A DNA stretch of 64,000 bases from Syntrophaceae bacterium UBA6252 (GCA_002441265.1 DJVQ01000025.1:1422-65421); one strand, 5' to 3'. Numbered from the stretch's first letter, positions 28,927 to 37,742 are shown. A program made the numbers and translations. The notes: a model not told the origin generated them from the sequence alone.

Positions 28927-29109
28927 GGGGCGCGGGACGGTTTTGAGGGCGAATAATCGCTTTTTCGCTAACGGTTCCTTTCGAAGCGAAACGCCCGCAA
29001 CACCGCTTGTACCGGCACGGAGACCCAAAGGCCGAATCCGCGGTGTTGCAGTGGAGCGAGAAAATTGGAACCGTCGAAAAGCGGTTCCTGAGCCGGAAAA
29101 CCGTCCGCG
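28927..29109 (+). repeat. Long-hairpin unit B1
   Basis: Same scaffold as A1/A2. The apical segment is identical to B2. Confidence 0.85.
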
Positions 29110-29309
29110 GCCCCCGGGAACCGCCACATCAACCCAACGTCCCTCGTTCCAACCGGGGCTGAAGCCCCGGACTACGTTAAAAACCCCATCGCCCCCCGGA
29201 ACCGCCACATCAACCCGACGGCCCTCGTCCCGACCGGGGCTGAAGCCCCGGACTACGTTTGAAGGTTCTTATCATCTCCCAGAATTTTACAGCGGGAAAT
29301 CGCCGTCGA

Positions 29310-29492
29310 GGGGCGCGGGACGGTTTTGGAGGCGAATCAACCGCCTTTTCGTCACGGTTCCTTTCGAAGCGAAACGCCCGCAACACCGCTTGTACCGGCA
29401 CGGAGACCCAAAGGCCGAATCCGCGGTGTTGCAGTGGAGCGAGAAAATTGGAACCGTCGAAAAGCGGTTCCTGAGCCGGAAAACCGTCCGCG
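29310..29492 (+). repeat. Long-hairpin unit B2
   Basis: Best-paired copy. Outer stem GCGGGACGGTTTT/AAAACCGTCCGC; middle stem AACCGCCTTTTCGTCACGGTTCC/GGAACCGTCGAAAAGCGGTT; inner stem GCAACACCGC/GCGGTGTTGC. Confidence 0.85.
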
Positions 29493-29611
29493 TCCCCCGG
29501 GAACAGCCGCATCAACCCGACGGCCCTCGTCCCGACCGGGGCTGAAGCCCCGGACTACGTTTGAAGGTTCTTATCATCTCCCAGAATTTTACAGCGGGAA
29601 ATCGCCGTCGA

Positions 29612-29656
29612 GGGGCGCGCGACGGTTTTGGAGGCAAATCAACCGCCTTTTCGTCA
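29612..29656 (+). repeat. Truncated unit B3 (5' arm only)
   Basis: GGGGCGCGCGACGGTTTTGGAGGCAAATCAACCGCCTTTTCGTCA, ending on the stop codon (29654-29656) of the minus-strand small ORF. Confidence 0.8.
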
Positions 29657-29887
29657 GCCTTTTTCCAGGGCCCGTTCCATCTCCTCCGCCAGGGCCCCGT
29701 AGGTCGATTGCATCAGGGTTTCCAGGGTTTCCGTCTGTTTCCTCATGGGAAGCCACTGGAGGACGTGCTCCTGGTCCCGCCAGATCCGATCCCGGGCCTC
29801 GTCGGCCCGCTGCTGCACCTCCGCCGCCATGTCCCTGCCGAACCGCTCCTCGTATTTCCGGATGATCTCGAGATACTTTTCCTTCAT
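29654..29887 (-). CDS. Small helical hypothetical protein (77 aa, or 87 aa if it starts at 29917)
   Basis: C-terminal part of track ORF 29654..30268: MKEKYLEIIRKYEERFGRDMAAEVQQRADEARDRI... Lies directly downstream of gspE on the same strand. The purine-rich stretch GGCGGGGAG lies upstream of ATG 29887. Confidence 0.5.
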   Translation of the reverse strand: MKEKYLEIIRKYEERFGRDMAAEVQQRADEARDRIWRDQEHVLQWLPMRKQTETLETLMQSTYGALAEEMERALEKG

Positions 29888-29943
29888 GAACTCCCCGCCT
29901 TTTCGAAAATGTTTCATCCCGGGGACGGCCCGCACCTCCGCCG

Positions 29944-31632
29944 TCACGCCCGGGTGATCCGCAGCACTTCCTCCACCGTCGTCCGGCCGTTCAGAATTTT
30001 CCCGATGCCGTCTTCCATCAGGGTCGTCATTCCGTTTTTCACGGCCGTCTCCCGGATGACATTGGCATCGGAGGTCTGGCCGATGATCTTCTTCAGGGGG
30101 TCGTCGAGGACCATGATCTCGAAAATGGCCTTCCGCCCCCGGTATCCCGTGTTCAGGCAATGGGCGCAGCCCTTCCTGCGGTAGATCTCCTTCCCCTCCA
30201 GGAGGGCCGCCCCCCCGTCCCCGAGGCCCGCCAGGTCCTCCCTGGCGGCCCGGTAGGATTCCCTGCACTGCTCGCAGAGGACCCGGACGAGGCGCTGGGC
30301 GATGATGGCGATCACCGAGGAGGACACGAGAAAAGATTCGATCCCCATGTCCGTGAGCCGGGTGACCGCGCTGGCCGCGTCGTTCGTGTGAAGGGTGGAA
30401 AATACGAGATGTCCCGTGAGGGACGATTGAATGGCGATCTCCGCGGTCTCCCGGTCCCGGATCTCCCCGACGAGGATTACGTCCGGGTCCTGGCGCACGA
30501 TGGATCGGAGCCCCCTGGCGAAGGTGAGATCGATCCGGGGATTCACCTGGATCTGTCCGATCCCCTCGATCTGGTATTCCACGGGGTCCTCGATGGTGAT
30601 GATGTTGATGTCGGGGCGGTTGATCGTCGAAAGGGCCGCATAAAGGGTCGTCGTCTTTCCGCTTCCCGTCGGGCCGGTGACCAGGATGATCCCGTAGGGG
30701 GACCGGATCAGGCCGTCCATGACGGAAAGCCGGCCGGCGTCGAGGCCCAGGTCCGTGAGACGGAACATGGAAGCCGACTTGTCCAGGAGCCGGAGGACCA
30801 CCCGCTCTCCGAAGGCGGTGGGAACGATGGACACACGGATGTCCACCAGGTGGTCGCCGATGCGGATCTCGATTCTCCCGTCCTGGGGCAGCCGCTTCTC
30901 GGCGATGTTGAGCCGGGACATGATCTTGATCCGGGAAACGAGGGGGGATTGAACCCGTTTCGGGAGGGAGAACATGTTGTACAGGATGCCGTCCATGCGG
31001 TAGCGGACCGCCACGGAACCGTGATAGGGCTCCATGTGGACGTCGCTCGCCTTGTCCTTCACCGCCCGGGAAAGAATGAGGTTCACGAGCCGGATCACCG
31101 GGGCGTCGCTCGTGTCGTCCAGGAGATCGGCCCGCTCCTCGATTTCCGACAGGATCCGGTCGGGGGATTCGCCGTTCATGTCCTGGATGAACTCCTCCGC
31201 CGAGTCCCCGGCGATGTCATAGAGCCGGTTGATCGCCGCGAGGATCACGCCGTGGGGGGCCGCGACGACCGAAACGGGGCCGGTCCACCCGAGGGCCCGT
31301 TTCAGGTCGTCCACCGCCTCGAACCGGGTCGGGTCGGCGGTGACGATGAACCGCCTCTCGCCCGCCGAAAGGGGCACGATGCGGTTCTTCCGGAGATGGA
31401 ACACGGGAACCTCCCTCTGGAGGCCTTCCCATTTCTCATTTGCCGGAAGCTCCCTCCAGAACGGAATCCCCATCCCCTCCGCCATCCGGGAAAGAAGCTC
31501 CTCCGGAATCTCCTTATTCCGGACAAGGGTCTCCACGAGTCCCTCCCCCTTTTCCGTGGAAGTGTCGCGGGTCCCTTCCAGGGGGTCAATGGGCGGGAGG
31601 GGGATTTTCCAGTGCAGGCTTCCTTCGCTCAT
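29944..31632 (-). CDS. gspE: Type II secretion ATPase GspE
   Basis: ORF 29944..31911 trimmed to ATG 31632 (MSEGSLHW). Walker A GPTGSGKTT; tetracysteine CEQC..CAHC. The upstream extension is out-of-frame overlap with gspD. Confidence 0.92.
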   Translation of the reverse strand: MSEGSLHWKIPLPPIDPLEGTRDTSTEKGEGLVETLVRNKEIPEELLSRMAEGMGIPFWRELPANEKWEGLQREVPVFHLRKNRIVPLSAGERRFIVTADPTRFEAVDDLKRALGWTGPVSVVAAPHGVILAAINRLYDIAGDSAEEFIQDMNGESPDRILSEIEERADLLDDTSDAPVIRLVNLILSRAVKDKASDVHMEPYHGSVAVRYRMDGILYNMFSLPKRVQSPLVSRIKIMSRLNIAEKRLPQDGRIEIRIGDHLVDIRVSIVPTAFGERVVLRLLDKSASMFRLTDLGLDAGRLSVMDGLIRSPYGIILVTGPTGSGKTTTLYAALSTINRPDINIITIEDPVEYQIEGIGQIQVNPRIDLTFARGLRSIVRQDPDVILVGEIRDRETAEIAIQSSLTGHLVFSTLHTNDAASAVTRLTDMGIESFLVSSSVIAIIAQRLVRVLCEQCRESYRAAREDLAGLGDGGAALLEGKEIYRRKGCAHCLNTGYRGRKAIFEIMVLDDPLKKIIGQTSDANVIRETAVKNGMTTLMEDGIGKILNGRTTVEEVLRITRA

Positions 31633-33724
31633 CGTCGATCCTGAGGCGGTTTCTCCGGTAGGTCTCGATGACCTGATCTTCCGTTTTCTGAATGTCTTCC
31701 TTCTTTTCGTCGTAGAGCTTCCGGGCTTCCACGGGGGTTTCCACGATCCGCGGCGTGATGAAGATGTAGAGGTTCCTCCGTTCCCGGGAGCTGCTCTGGT
31801 ACTTGAACAGCCAGCCGATGACGGGGATGTTGCCCAGGCAGGGGACGGAATAGTCGGTGTTCGTGATGTCGTCGCCGATGAGCCCGCCGATGACCACCGA
31901 ATGGCCGTCATGGATGGTCACCGCCGTTTTCGCCGTCCGCTTCAGCGTCGTCGGCCGGTCCGTCTGCTGGTTCACTTCCGTCACGAGCTTCGTCACTTCC
32001 TGGTAGATCTGGAGCCGGACGAACCGCTCCTGGCTGATCTGGGGGGTGATCCGAAGGGTCACGCCCACGTCCTTGTATTCGTAAGTGCTGTAATCCAGAT
32101 CGGCGCTGGAGGTCTCGCTCCGCGTCTGGTAGGGAACGTTCTGTCCCACCGTGATTTCCGCCTCCTCGTTGTCCAGGGTCAGGATCTGGGGCCTCGAGAG
32201 AATGTGGACGTCCTGGTCCTTCTGGTATGCCTGGACGATGGCCCCGATGCTCGGGAAAAGGATGTCCCCCACCTGGAGGGACTCGCCGAGAACCCCCAGC
32301 GAAAACCCCTCGGGAAGCCCCTTCGTGGAGAGCTCGGAGAGTCCGGTGTACCGGCCCCCGCCGCTGAATCCTCCCCCGTAGATCTTCGTGCGCCCGGACT
32401 CGGAGGAGATGTAGTCGCCGCCCATCCACTCCACGCCCAACTTGAACCCCTTGTCCACGGTCACTTCCATGATGAGGGCCTCGATGTAGACCATGGGCCT
32501 CGGAATGTCGAGCCGGCTGATGATCTCCTCGAGCACCCGGTAGTCATCCTTGCTGGCGGTGATGACCAGGGAATTCGTCGCCTTGTCCGGCACCACCTGG
32601 ATGTCCTTGGAGAGCGCCGGGGTCTTCCCCTGTTCCTGGGTTTTCGACTCCTTGGAGGGCAGGTTCATCAGGACCTTGGCCAGGGATTCCGCATCGGCGT
32701 TCTGAAGGTTGACGACCCGTACCCGGGCCTCGCTCCGGGGAGCCTCCCGGTCCAGGAGCCGGACGAGTTCCCGGATCTGGATGGTGTCGTTTTCGCTCGC
32801 CAGGGTGATCACCGAGTTGGTCCGCTCGTCGGCAACGATCTGGACGGAGGCGCTGTCCATTCCCCTGCGGATCTTCACCTTCTGCTGGAAGATGACGGTC
32901 AGCGACTTCACCAGCTCCGGCGCGGACCCGTACTGGAGGGGGATGACGGAAATCTGTTCCTGGACGCCCTCCACGTCCAGCGCGGAGATGATCCCGAGGA
33001 TCCGGCTGATGTTGGAAAGAAGGTCGGTGATAACCAGCATGCCCGTGGGGGGGTACGCCAGGATCACGCTCGATTTGGAAACGAGGGGCGTCAGGACCTT
33101 TTTCAGTTCTTCCGGGTTGGCGTAGCTGAGGGTGATGACCTGGGTGATGACCCGGTCCGCCGGGCTGACCGCCTCCTGCTTCAGGCGGGTTTCCGTGCTT
33201 TTCACGGGGGCGTCCCGGATGGGGATGATCTTGATGATGTCCCCCGCGGGAACGGCGGTGAACCCGTAAACCTCCAGGACGGACTCGAAAACCTTGTAGG
33301 CCTCCTCCACCGTCAGTTTCTTGGGGGAAACGATGGTCACGTTCCCCCGGACATCCCGGTCGACGACGAAATTCTTCGACGTGAGTTCGCTCATGAACTT
33401 GATCAGGACCCGGATGTCCACGTTGTCGAAATCGATGGAGATCTCTTTCCCCTGATTTTTCCCCTTTTCGGACGGGTCGGCCTTCTTCGTCACCGCCCTG
33501 GCATTCCCGGGCGTTCCCGTATCCGCGGGTTTCACGACCGGCCGAGGGGGGGCTCCCGTCCCGTTGGCGGGAATCCCCACCGCCCGGCCGGAAGTCTCCG
33601 CGGCGAAAACCGGTCCCGCAGGAACGAGAAGGAGACAAAGCAACAAGATCGCGACGACGGCCCGGGCCGGCCGCCCCGCGATCGGCACGGACGATGACAA
33701 CACCAAACCGGCAATCCTCCTCAC
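31586..33724 (-). CDS. gspD: Type II secretion secretin GspD
   Basis: 712 aa with a signal peptide, N-domains, and the secretin C-domain VPCLGNIPVIGWLFKYQSSSRERRNLYIFITPRIV. Confidence 0.92.
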   Translation of the reverse strand: MRRIAGLVLSSSVPIAGRPARAVVAILLLCLLLVPAGPVFAAETSGRAVGIPANGTGAPPRPVVKPADTGTPGNARAVTKKADPSEKGKNQGKEISIDFDNVDIRVLIKFMSELTSKNFVVDRDVRGNVTIVSPKKLTVEEAYKVFESVLEVYGFTAVPAGDIIKIIPIRDAPVKSTETRLKQEAVSPADRVITQVITLSYANPEELKKVLTPLVSKSSVILAYPPTGMLVITDLLSNISRILGIISALDVEGVQEQISVIPLQYGSAPELVKSLTVIFQQKVKIRRGMDSASVQIVADERTNSVITLASENDTIQIRELVRLLDREAPRSEARVRVVNLQNADAESLAKVLMNLPSKESKTQEQGKTPALSKDIQVVPDKATNSLVITASKDDYRVLEEIISRLDIPRPMVYIEALIMEVTVDKGFKLGVEWMGGDYISSESGRTKIYGGGFSGGGRYTGLSELSTKGLPEGFSLGVLGESLQVGDILFPSIGAIVQAYQKDQDVHILSRPQILTLDNEEAEITVGQNVPYQTRSETSSADLDYSTYEYKDVGVTLRITPQISQERFVRLQIYQEVTKLVTEVNQQTDRPTTLKRTAKTAVTIHDGHSVVIGGLIGDDITNTDYSVPCLGNIPVIGWLFKYQSSSRERRNLYIFITPRIVETPVEARKLYDEKKEDIQKTEDQVIETYRRNRLRIDDERRKPALENPPPAH

Positions 33725-33848
33725 GGTTTTTTCTCCGACGATTTTCCGGAAGCGTTCGCCGCTTCACGGATTCTGTAGATCCTTACCATCTTTTCCCCCC
33801 GATTTCACATCTTTCTTCCGCACCGGGCCCGGGACTTTAACAAAGCCG

Positions 33849-34694
33849 TCACTCCTTGAAGACATATTTCAGGGTTTCCTCGTTCCCCTTCCGTTTCAGG
33901 TTCAGCGTGATCTCGGAGCCGTCCTTCAGACCCTGGTACAGTTCGAGAAGCCGCTCGGGACTTTCGAGGGCCTGGTTGTTCACCCCCTGGATGACGTCCC
34001 CGTTTTCGAGCCCGATCTGCTGGAAAACGCTTCCGGGCTTGATCCGGGTAATGAGAAACCCGTCCGCCTTCCCCGCGGTGAAATACGGACGGATCCTCGC
34101 CTCCGTGAGGATTTTGGACATGTCGCCGAGGGCCGTGTCGATTTCGCTTTTCCTCACGGAGACCACGCTCGCCTTCGACGCCTCCCGCCCCTGGCCCTCC
34201 CCGGGTTGCGAATCGCGGGGCTCCTCCATGGAGAGCACCTCGTCCTCGCTTCCCACCCGGAGAACCACCACGCCCCGGAGAATCCTGAGAACCCGGGCGG
34301 AGGCCACCGTGTCGCCGATCCGGTACAGGTCCTGCTTCTTTGCGTCCTTTTCCTCGATCACGGCGAAGCCGCCTCCGGCGTCGTCCGACACCGTTCCCAG
34401 GAGGGCCAGTTTGAGCCGGGTGGGCTTCAGCCCCGTGACGTCGATCTCCCTCCTGTCCTCCCCCGCCCTGGCAACCGTTCCGAAGAGGTTCCGTTCCCAG
34501 ACGATGCGAAAATCGTCGAGCGCCGGTTTCTGAATTTCCTGCGCCGCCCCCGGCGCCTGCCCCTTTTCCCCTTCCGCCGTCCGCGCCGGCACTCCCGTGA
34601 AGACCGCCTTGTAGGCGATGTCCACGGCCAGGCCGGAAAAACAGGCGATCAGAAAGAGCACAAGGGGAATCCGGTACTTGAGGCCGAGCGTCAT
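33849..34694 (-). CDS. gspC: Type II secretion protein GspC (TM helix plus C-terminal PDZ)
   Basis: 281 aa. PDZ-like GFLITRIKPGSVFQQIGLENGDVIQGVNNQ. ATGA overlap with the gspN stop. Confidence 0.8.
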   Translation of the reverse strand: MTLGLKYRIPLVLFLIACFSGLAVDIAYKAVFTGVPARTAEGEKGQAPGAAQEIQKPALDDFRIVWERNLFGTVARAGEDRREIDVTGLKPTRLKLALLGTVSDDAGGGFAVIEEKDAKKQDLYRIGDTVASARVLRILRGVVVLRVGSEDEVLSMEEPRDSQPGEGQGREASKASVVSVRKSEIDTALGDMSKILTEARIRPYFTAGKADGFLITRIKPGSVFQQIGLENGDVIQGVNNQALESPERLLELYQGLKDGSEITLNLKRKGNEETLKYVFKE

Positions 34695-35524
34695 TTCAGT
34701 CTCACCGTCGGTGTTTCCATCGTCCCGCCGACAACGGCGGACAGGTCCTGATTCAGCGGCGGGATCCGGAGGGTTCCCGTCAGGGCGATCCGGCTTCGCC
34801 GGAGATCACGGGCCAGGTGAACGGCCCCCTTGAAGGACCCGCTGACCTGGTTTCCCGAAAAGGTGATCTTCTCCACCTGGACCGTGCGTTCCTCCAGGGA
34901 AAAGGCCCCTTCCAGGACATCGAAGGGAATGCTTGCAAGACCGGCCACGGCCCGGGCAAGCCCGATGTTCCCGTCCGTCATGCGGAAGCTCGCCCTCCCT
35001 TTGCCTTCGGCGAAACGCTCCGGCCTGCCCGTGAAGGCCGCCTCGCCGCTGAGCCGCCCCTTGACGGGCCGTTCCCCCAGGAGTTCCGTCTTTCCGAGGG
35101 CCGCCAGATCGATGCCGGAAACGGCCAGGGAGAGGGAAAGCGGGTTCCCCCCGGTCTTCCCCTCCGCGGGCGCGGCCCGCCCGGAAAAATCCCCCCCGAA
35201 GGCCCGCCCGCGAAACCGGACGGCGGGAACGCCCCGGAGAAGGGCGGACGGATCGGGGGCCACCCCGACCCGGTCCAGCCGGATTTCCTCACGCTTTGGC
35301 CCCCTGTTCCGAATGACGACGTCATCGAGCCGCAGCGTGGCGGGAAATCGCAGCGACAGGGTCCGGAAGGCCAGTTCGAGGCCCGGTGCGCGGTCTTCCC
35401 ACAAACGGTGAACGGAAAAGGCCACCCTCTCCGCCGGGAACAACGCATAGACGAAAAACGCCGTCGCCGCGACGGCGAAAAGAACGTACAGGATCAGGAT
35501 GCTTCGCTTCGAGAATGTCTTCAT
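34691..35524 (-). CDS. gspN: Type II secretion protein GspN-like
   Basis: 277 aa with an N-terminal TM helix (ILILYVLFAVAATAFFVYALF) and a periplasmic beta-rich body. Position between gspM and gspC. The family call is from memory of Geobacter/Leptospira-type GspN. Confidence 0.65.
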   Translation of the reverse strand: MKTFSKRSILILYVLFAVAATAFFVYALFPAERVAFSVHRLWEDRAPGLELAFRTLSLRFPATLRLDDVVIRNRGPKREEIRLDRVGVAPDPSALLRGVPAVRFRGRAFGGDFSGRAAPAEGKTGGNPLSLSLAVSGIDLAALGKTELLGERPVKGRLSGEAAFTGRPERFAEGKGRASFRMTDGNIGLARAVAGLASIPFDVLEGAFSLEERTVQVEKITFSGNQVSGSFKGAVHLARDLRRSRIALTGTLRIPPLNQDLSAVVGGTMETPTVRLK

Positions 35525-35587
35525 ATCCTCAGGAACCCGGCAAAGCGTTCAATGTCCTCTCCGGACGGCCAAGTAAAAAGCATCGCA

Positions 35588-35668
35588 GGCAAGGCGCCCG
35601 AATCCCGGCGACCGGGGCGTCCTTCCCCGTGCGCCGCAGGGAGGAGAAGTCAAGGGCGACGCGGCATA
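35588..35668 (+). repeat. Dispersed ~80-nt element, copy R3
   Basis: GGCAAGGCGCCCGAATCCCGGCGACCGGGGCGTCCTTCCCCGTGCGCCGCAGGGAGGAGAAGTCAAGGGCGACGCGGCA, in the gspM-gspN gap. Confidence 0.7.
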
Positions 35669-35676
35669 CGGTCTTG

Positions 35677-36252
35677 TTACGAAGCCGTCCCCGGCAGGCG
35701 ATAGGTCACCACCTGAACCAGCACCGCCAGTTCGCCCGATTCCCTTTTGCCCTCCCGGATGGAAATGCGGCGGACCCGGACCAGCCGGTCCCCGTCCTCC
35801 AGGTAAAACAGGAATTCGGCAAGCTTTTCCAGGGATACCCCCTCGACCCTCATTTCCACGGTGGATTCCTCGTAGCCGGACCCCTCCGCATCCATCGCCT
35901 CGGAGGGCTTCATGTACTGGATCCTGTCCTTGATTCCCGCCCTGCCGGCGACGCTCTCGAGATAGGAAAACAGGGTGAATCCCCGCTCCCTGGCGTCGAG
36001 CGCCTTTCGAACGACCGCCTCTCGAGCCCGGAGGGCCTCGAATTCCTTCCGGAGTCCCCGCATTTCCCTCAGCGTCTCCTCGTAACGCCGGATGGAACGT
36101 TCCGTGTTTTCCCGCTTTTCCATAAGCGGAAAAACGATTCCCTGAAAAACGAGGAAAAGGACCAGAAGGGTGCCGCCGATCCCCACGGCCAGGGTTTCCC
36201 GCCGGGACATCCTCGGCCATTTTTTTAAAAGCCGGCGCAGCCAGTTTTCCAT
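35677..36252 (-). CDS. gspM: Type II secretion protein GspM-like
   Basis: MENWLRRLLKKWPRMSRRETLAVGIGGTLLVLFLVF, a TM helix, then a periplasmic domain. Alternative starts are ATG 36291 and GTG 36309 (the latter overlaps the gspL stop by 4 nt). Confidence 0.7.
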   Translation of the reverse strand: MENWLRRLLKKWPRMSRRETLAVGIGGTLLVLFLVFQGIVFPLMEKRENTERSIRRYEETLREMRGLRKEFEALRAREAVVRKALDARERGFTLFSYLESVAGRAGIKDRIQYMKPSEAMDAEGSGYEESTVEMRVEGVSLEKLAEFLFYLEDGDRLVRVRRISIREGKRESGELAVLVQVVTYRLPGTAS

Positions 36253-36305
36253 TGACGATTTCCCTGTAAACCTTCCGGAAATCCTATGCATCCGGAAGGA
36301 TTTCC

Positions 36306-37742
36306 TCACTGCTTCAAGTCAAGCCTCAAATCGAATCCCACCCGGTTTTCCCGCCCCTGGACGCTTGCCGAGGCAATGGAAACGGCTTTGAAAAAGCCGG
36401 ACCGTTCCAGGGCGACCTTGATCTGGTCCACGGCATTGAAGCGGTCCGTTTCCCCCCGGATCTCCACCGTCTGGCCGTCATAGCTGAACCCCCGGATGAC
36501 GAAATCGAGACCGGGATCGATGAGCCGGGAAATTTCCCGGAGAAGGACGAGGACCGAACCCCGGCCCTCCCCGTCCATCCGGCCGGGAGAACGCTTCCGC
36601 ATATCCAGGAGGGCCGTTTTCATCTGCTGCAGAGGATCGACGACCCGGGTCACCTGGGGCAGGGTCTGCCGGAACAGGAGGTTCACTTCGTCCTTCAATG
36701 CCTGGAGACGATTCTGGCCTATGGAGTAACCAAGATGGAAATCGATTCCCAGGAGAATCAGGAGGGCAAGAAGGATCACCGCGGCGGAAACAGCCTGTTT
36801 TTTCAGCTCCCGATGAGGCCTACGGGGGGCGAAAACGTCCCGGGCGAGGTTGAGCCCCTCCTCCCTCTTCAGCCCCCGCAGGGCCAGCGCGAGGGCCTGG
36901 TCCATCCGCAAGGGATTCCACAGGCCCCGAAGCTCCGTTCCCATGGGAATGGATTCCAGCAGGGCGAGATCGACCGGTTCCACGGGAATATCCGGAAAGG
37001 GGGAAGGCCGGCCGGCGGTGTTTCCCCCCTCCGCGCCGATTCCTCCGACAAGGATGCGGCCGGGCATGGACGGGATGTCCCCTCTCCAGAAGAGGGAAAG
37101 ACAGGTGTTCCGGATCTCCGGGAAGGGAATCGGCGACGTTCCTTCCGGGGAATGGCCGGAGTGGAGGAAACGAACGGCGAGGACACGCCCCCCGTGGAAG
37201 AGAACGAGGGTCCATCCGCCGTCCCCCCCGTGAACGTACAGGCCCGTTTCCCCCGTCTTTTCCCTGCCCGCCAGGCGCAGCGCGACGGGCACGGGGCCGG
37301 CGTCGATCACCGAGGCCTCCGCGCCGGCGTTCTTCAGAAGTTCCACCCGGTCGCGGACCACCGCCCGGGAGACGGACACCGCCAGAACCTCCGTGACGTC
37401 GGACCGGCTGACCACCAGGTGGTCGTGAAGTTTCTCCCCTTCGCCCCACGGGGAGAAACGTTCCATTTCCATGGGGAGCACTTTCTCGATCTTCTTCAAG
37501 TCGGAGAAGGGAAACCGGAGGCGGTGAAAGACGCAGTCCGCCGGGGAAAGGGCGGTGACACAGGTCGCCTCCCGCCATTCCTCCCTCCCGAAAAGTCCGG
37601 AAAGCGCGGCGGCGACGCCGTCGGGGCCGTCCACGGCGATCCGCTCGGCGCCGAGGATCTCCGGTCCCCGGAAACCCGCGGAAATCCGCACGGCCGTCAC
37701 CGTGTCCCGCCCGATATCGAGGCCGACGATCGTCTCAGCCAT
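36306..37742 (-). CDS. gspL: Type II secretion protein GspL (actin-like N-domain, TM, periplasmic C-domain)
   Basis: 478 aa. Begins MAETIVGLDIGRDTVTAV (PilM/GspL-like), with a TM helix near residue 320 and a ferredoxin-like C-terminus. Confidence 0.78.
   Translation of the reverse strand: MAETIVGLDIGRDTVTAVRISAGFRGPEILGAERIAVDGPDGVAAALSGLFGREEWREATCVTALSPADCVFHRLRFPFSDLKKIEKVLPMEMERFSPWGEGEKLHDHLVVSRSDVTEVLAVSVSRAVVRDRVELLKNAGAEASVIDAGPVPVALRLAGREKTGETGLYVHGGDGGWTLVLFHGGRVLAVRFLHSGHSPEGTSPIPFPEIRNTCLSLFWRGDIPSMPGRILVGGIGAEGGNTAGRPSPFPDIPVEPVDLALLESIPMGTELRGLWNPLRMDQALALALRGLKREEGLNLARDVFAPRRPHRELKKQAVSAAVILLALLILLGIDFHLGYSIGQNRLQALKDEVNLLFRQTLPQVTRVVDPLQQMKTALLDMRKRSPGRMDGEGRGSVLVLLREISRLIDPGLDFVIRGFSYDGQTVEIRGETDRFNAVDQIKVALERSGFFKAVSIASASVQGRENRVGFDLRLDLKQ

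Larger units (their letters stand above)
28799..29656. repeat. Composite tandem repeat array B (period 301-302 nt)
   Basis: GTAG-type hairpins at 28799-28821 (forward) and at 28851-28873, 29153-29175, 29234-29256 and 29536-29558 (CCGGGGCTGAAGCCCCGG-ACTAC). Long hairpins at 28927-29109 and 29310-29492. A truncated third copy lies at 29612-29656. Confidence 0.9.

Noticed and set aside
28799-29656. Possibility that the tandem repeats are a CRISPR array
   Set aside because: The period is ~300 nt rather than 55-75 nt. The intervening sequence is itself conserved rather than unique spacers, and no cas genes are present.
31633-31911. N-terminal 93-aa extension of the gspE ORF
   Set aside because: It lies inside the gspD coding region in another frame. 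MSEGSLHW at 31632 gives a standard GspE N-terminus.
31229-33697. 822-aa plus-strand ORF opposite gspD/gspE
   Set aside because: It is an antisense shadow of two strongly supported T2SS genes.
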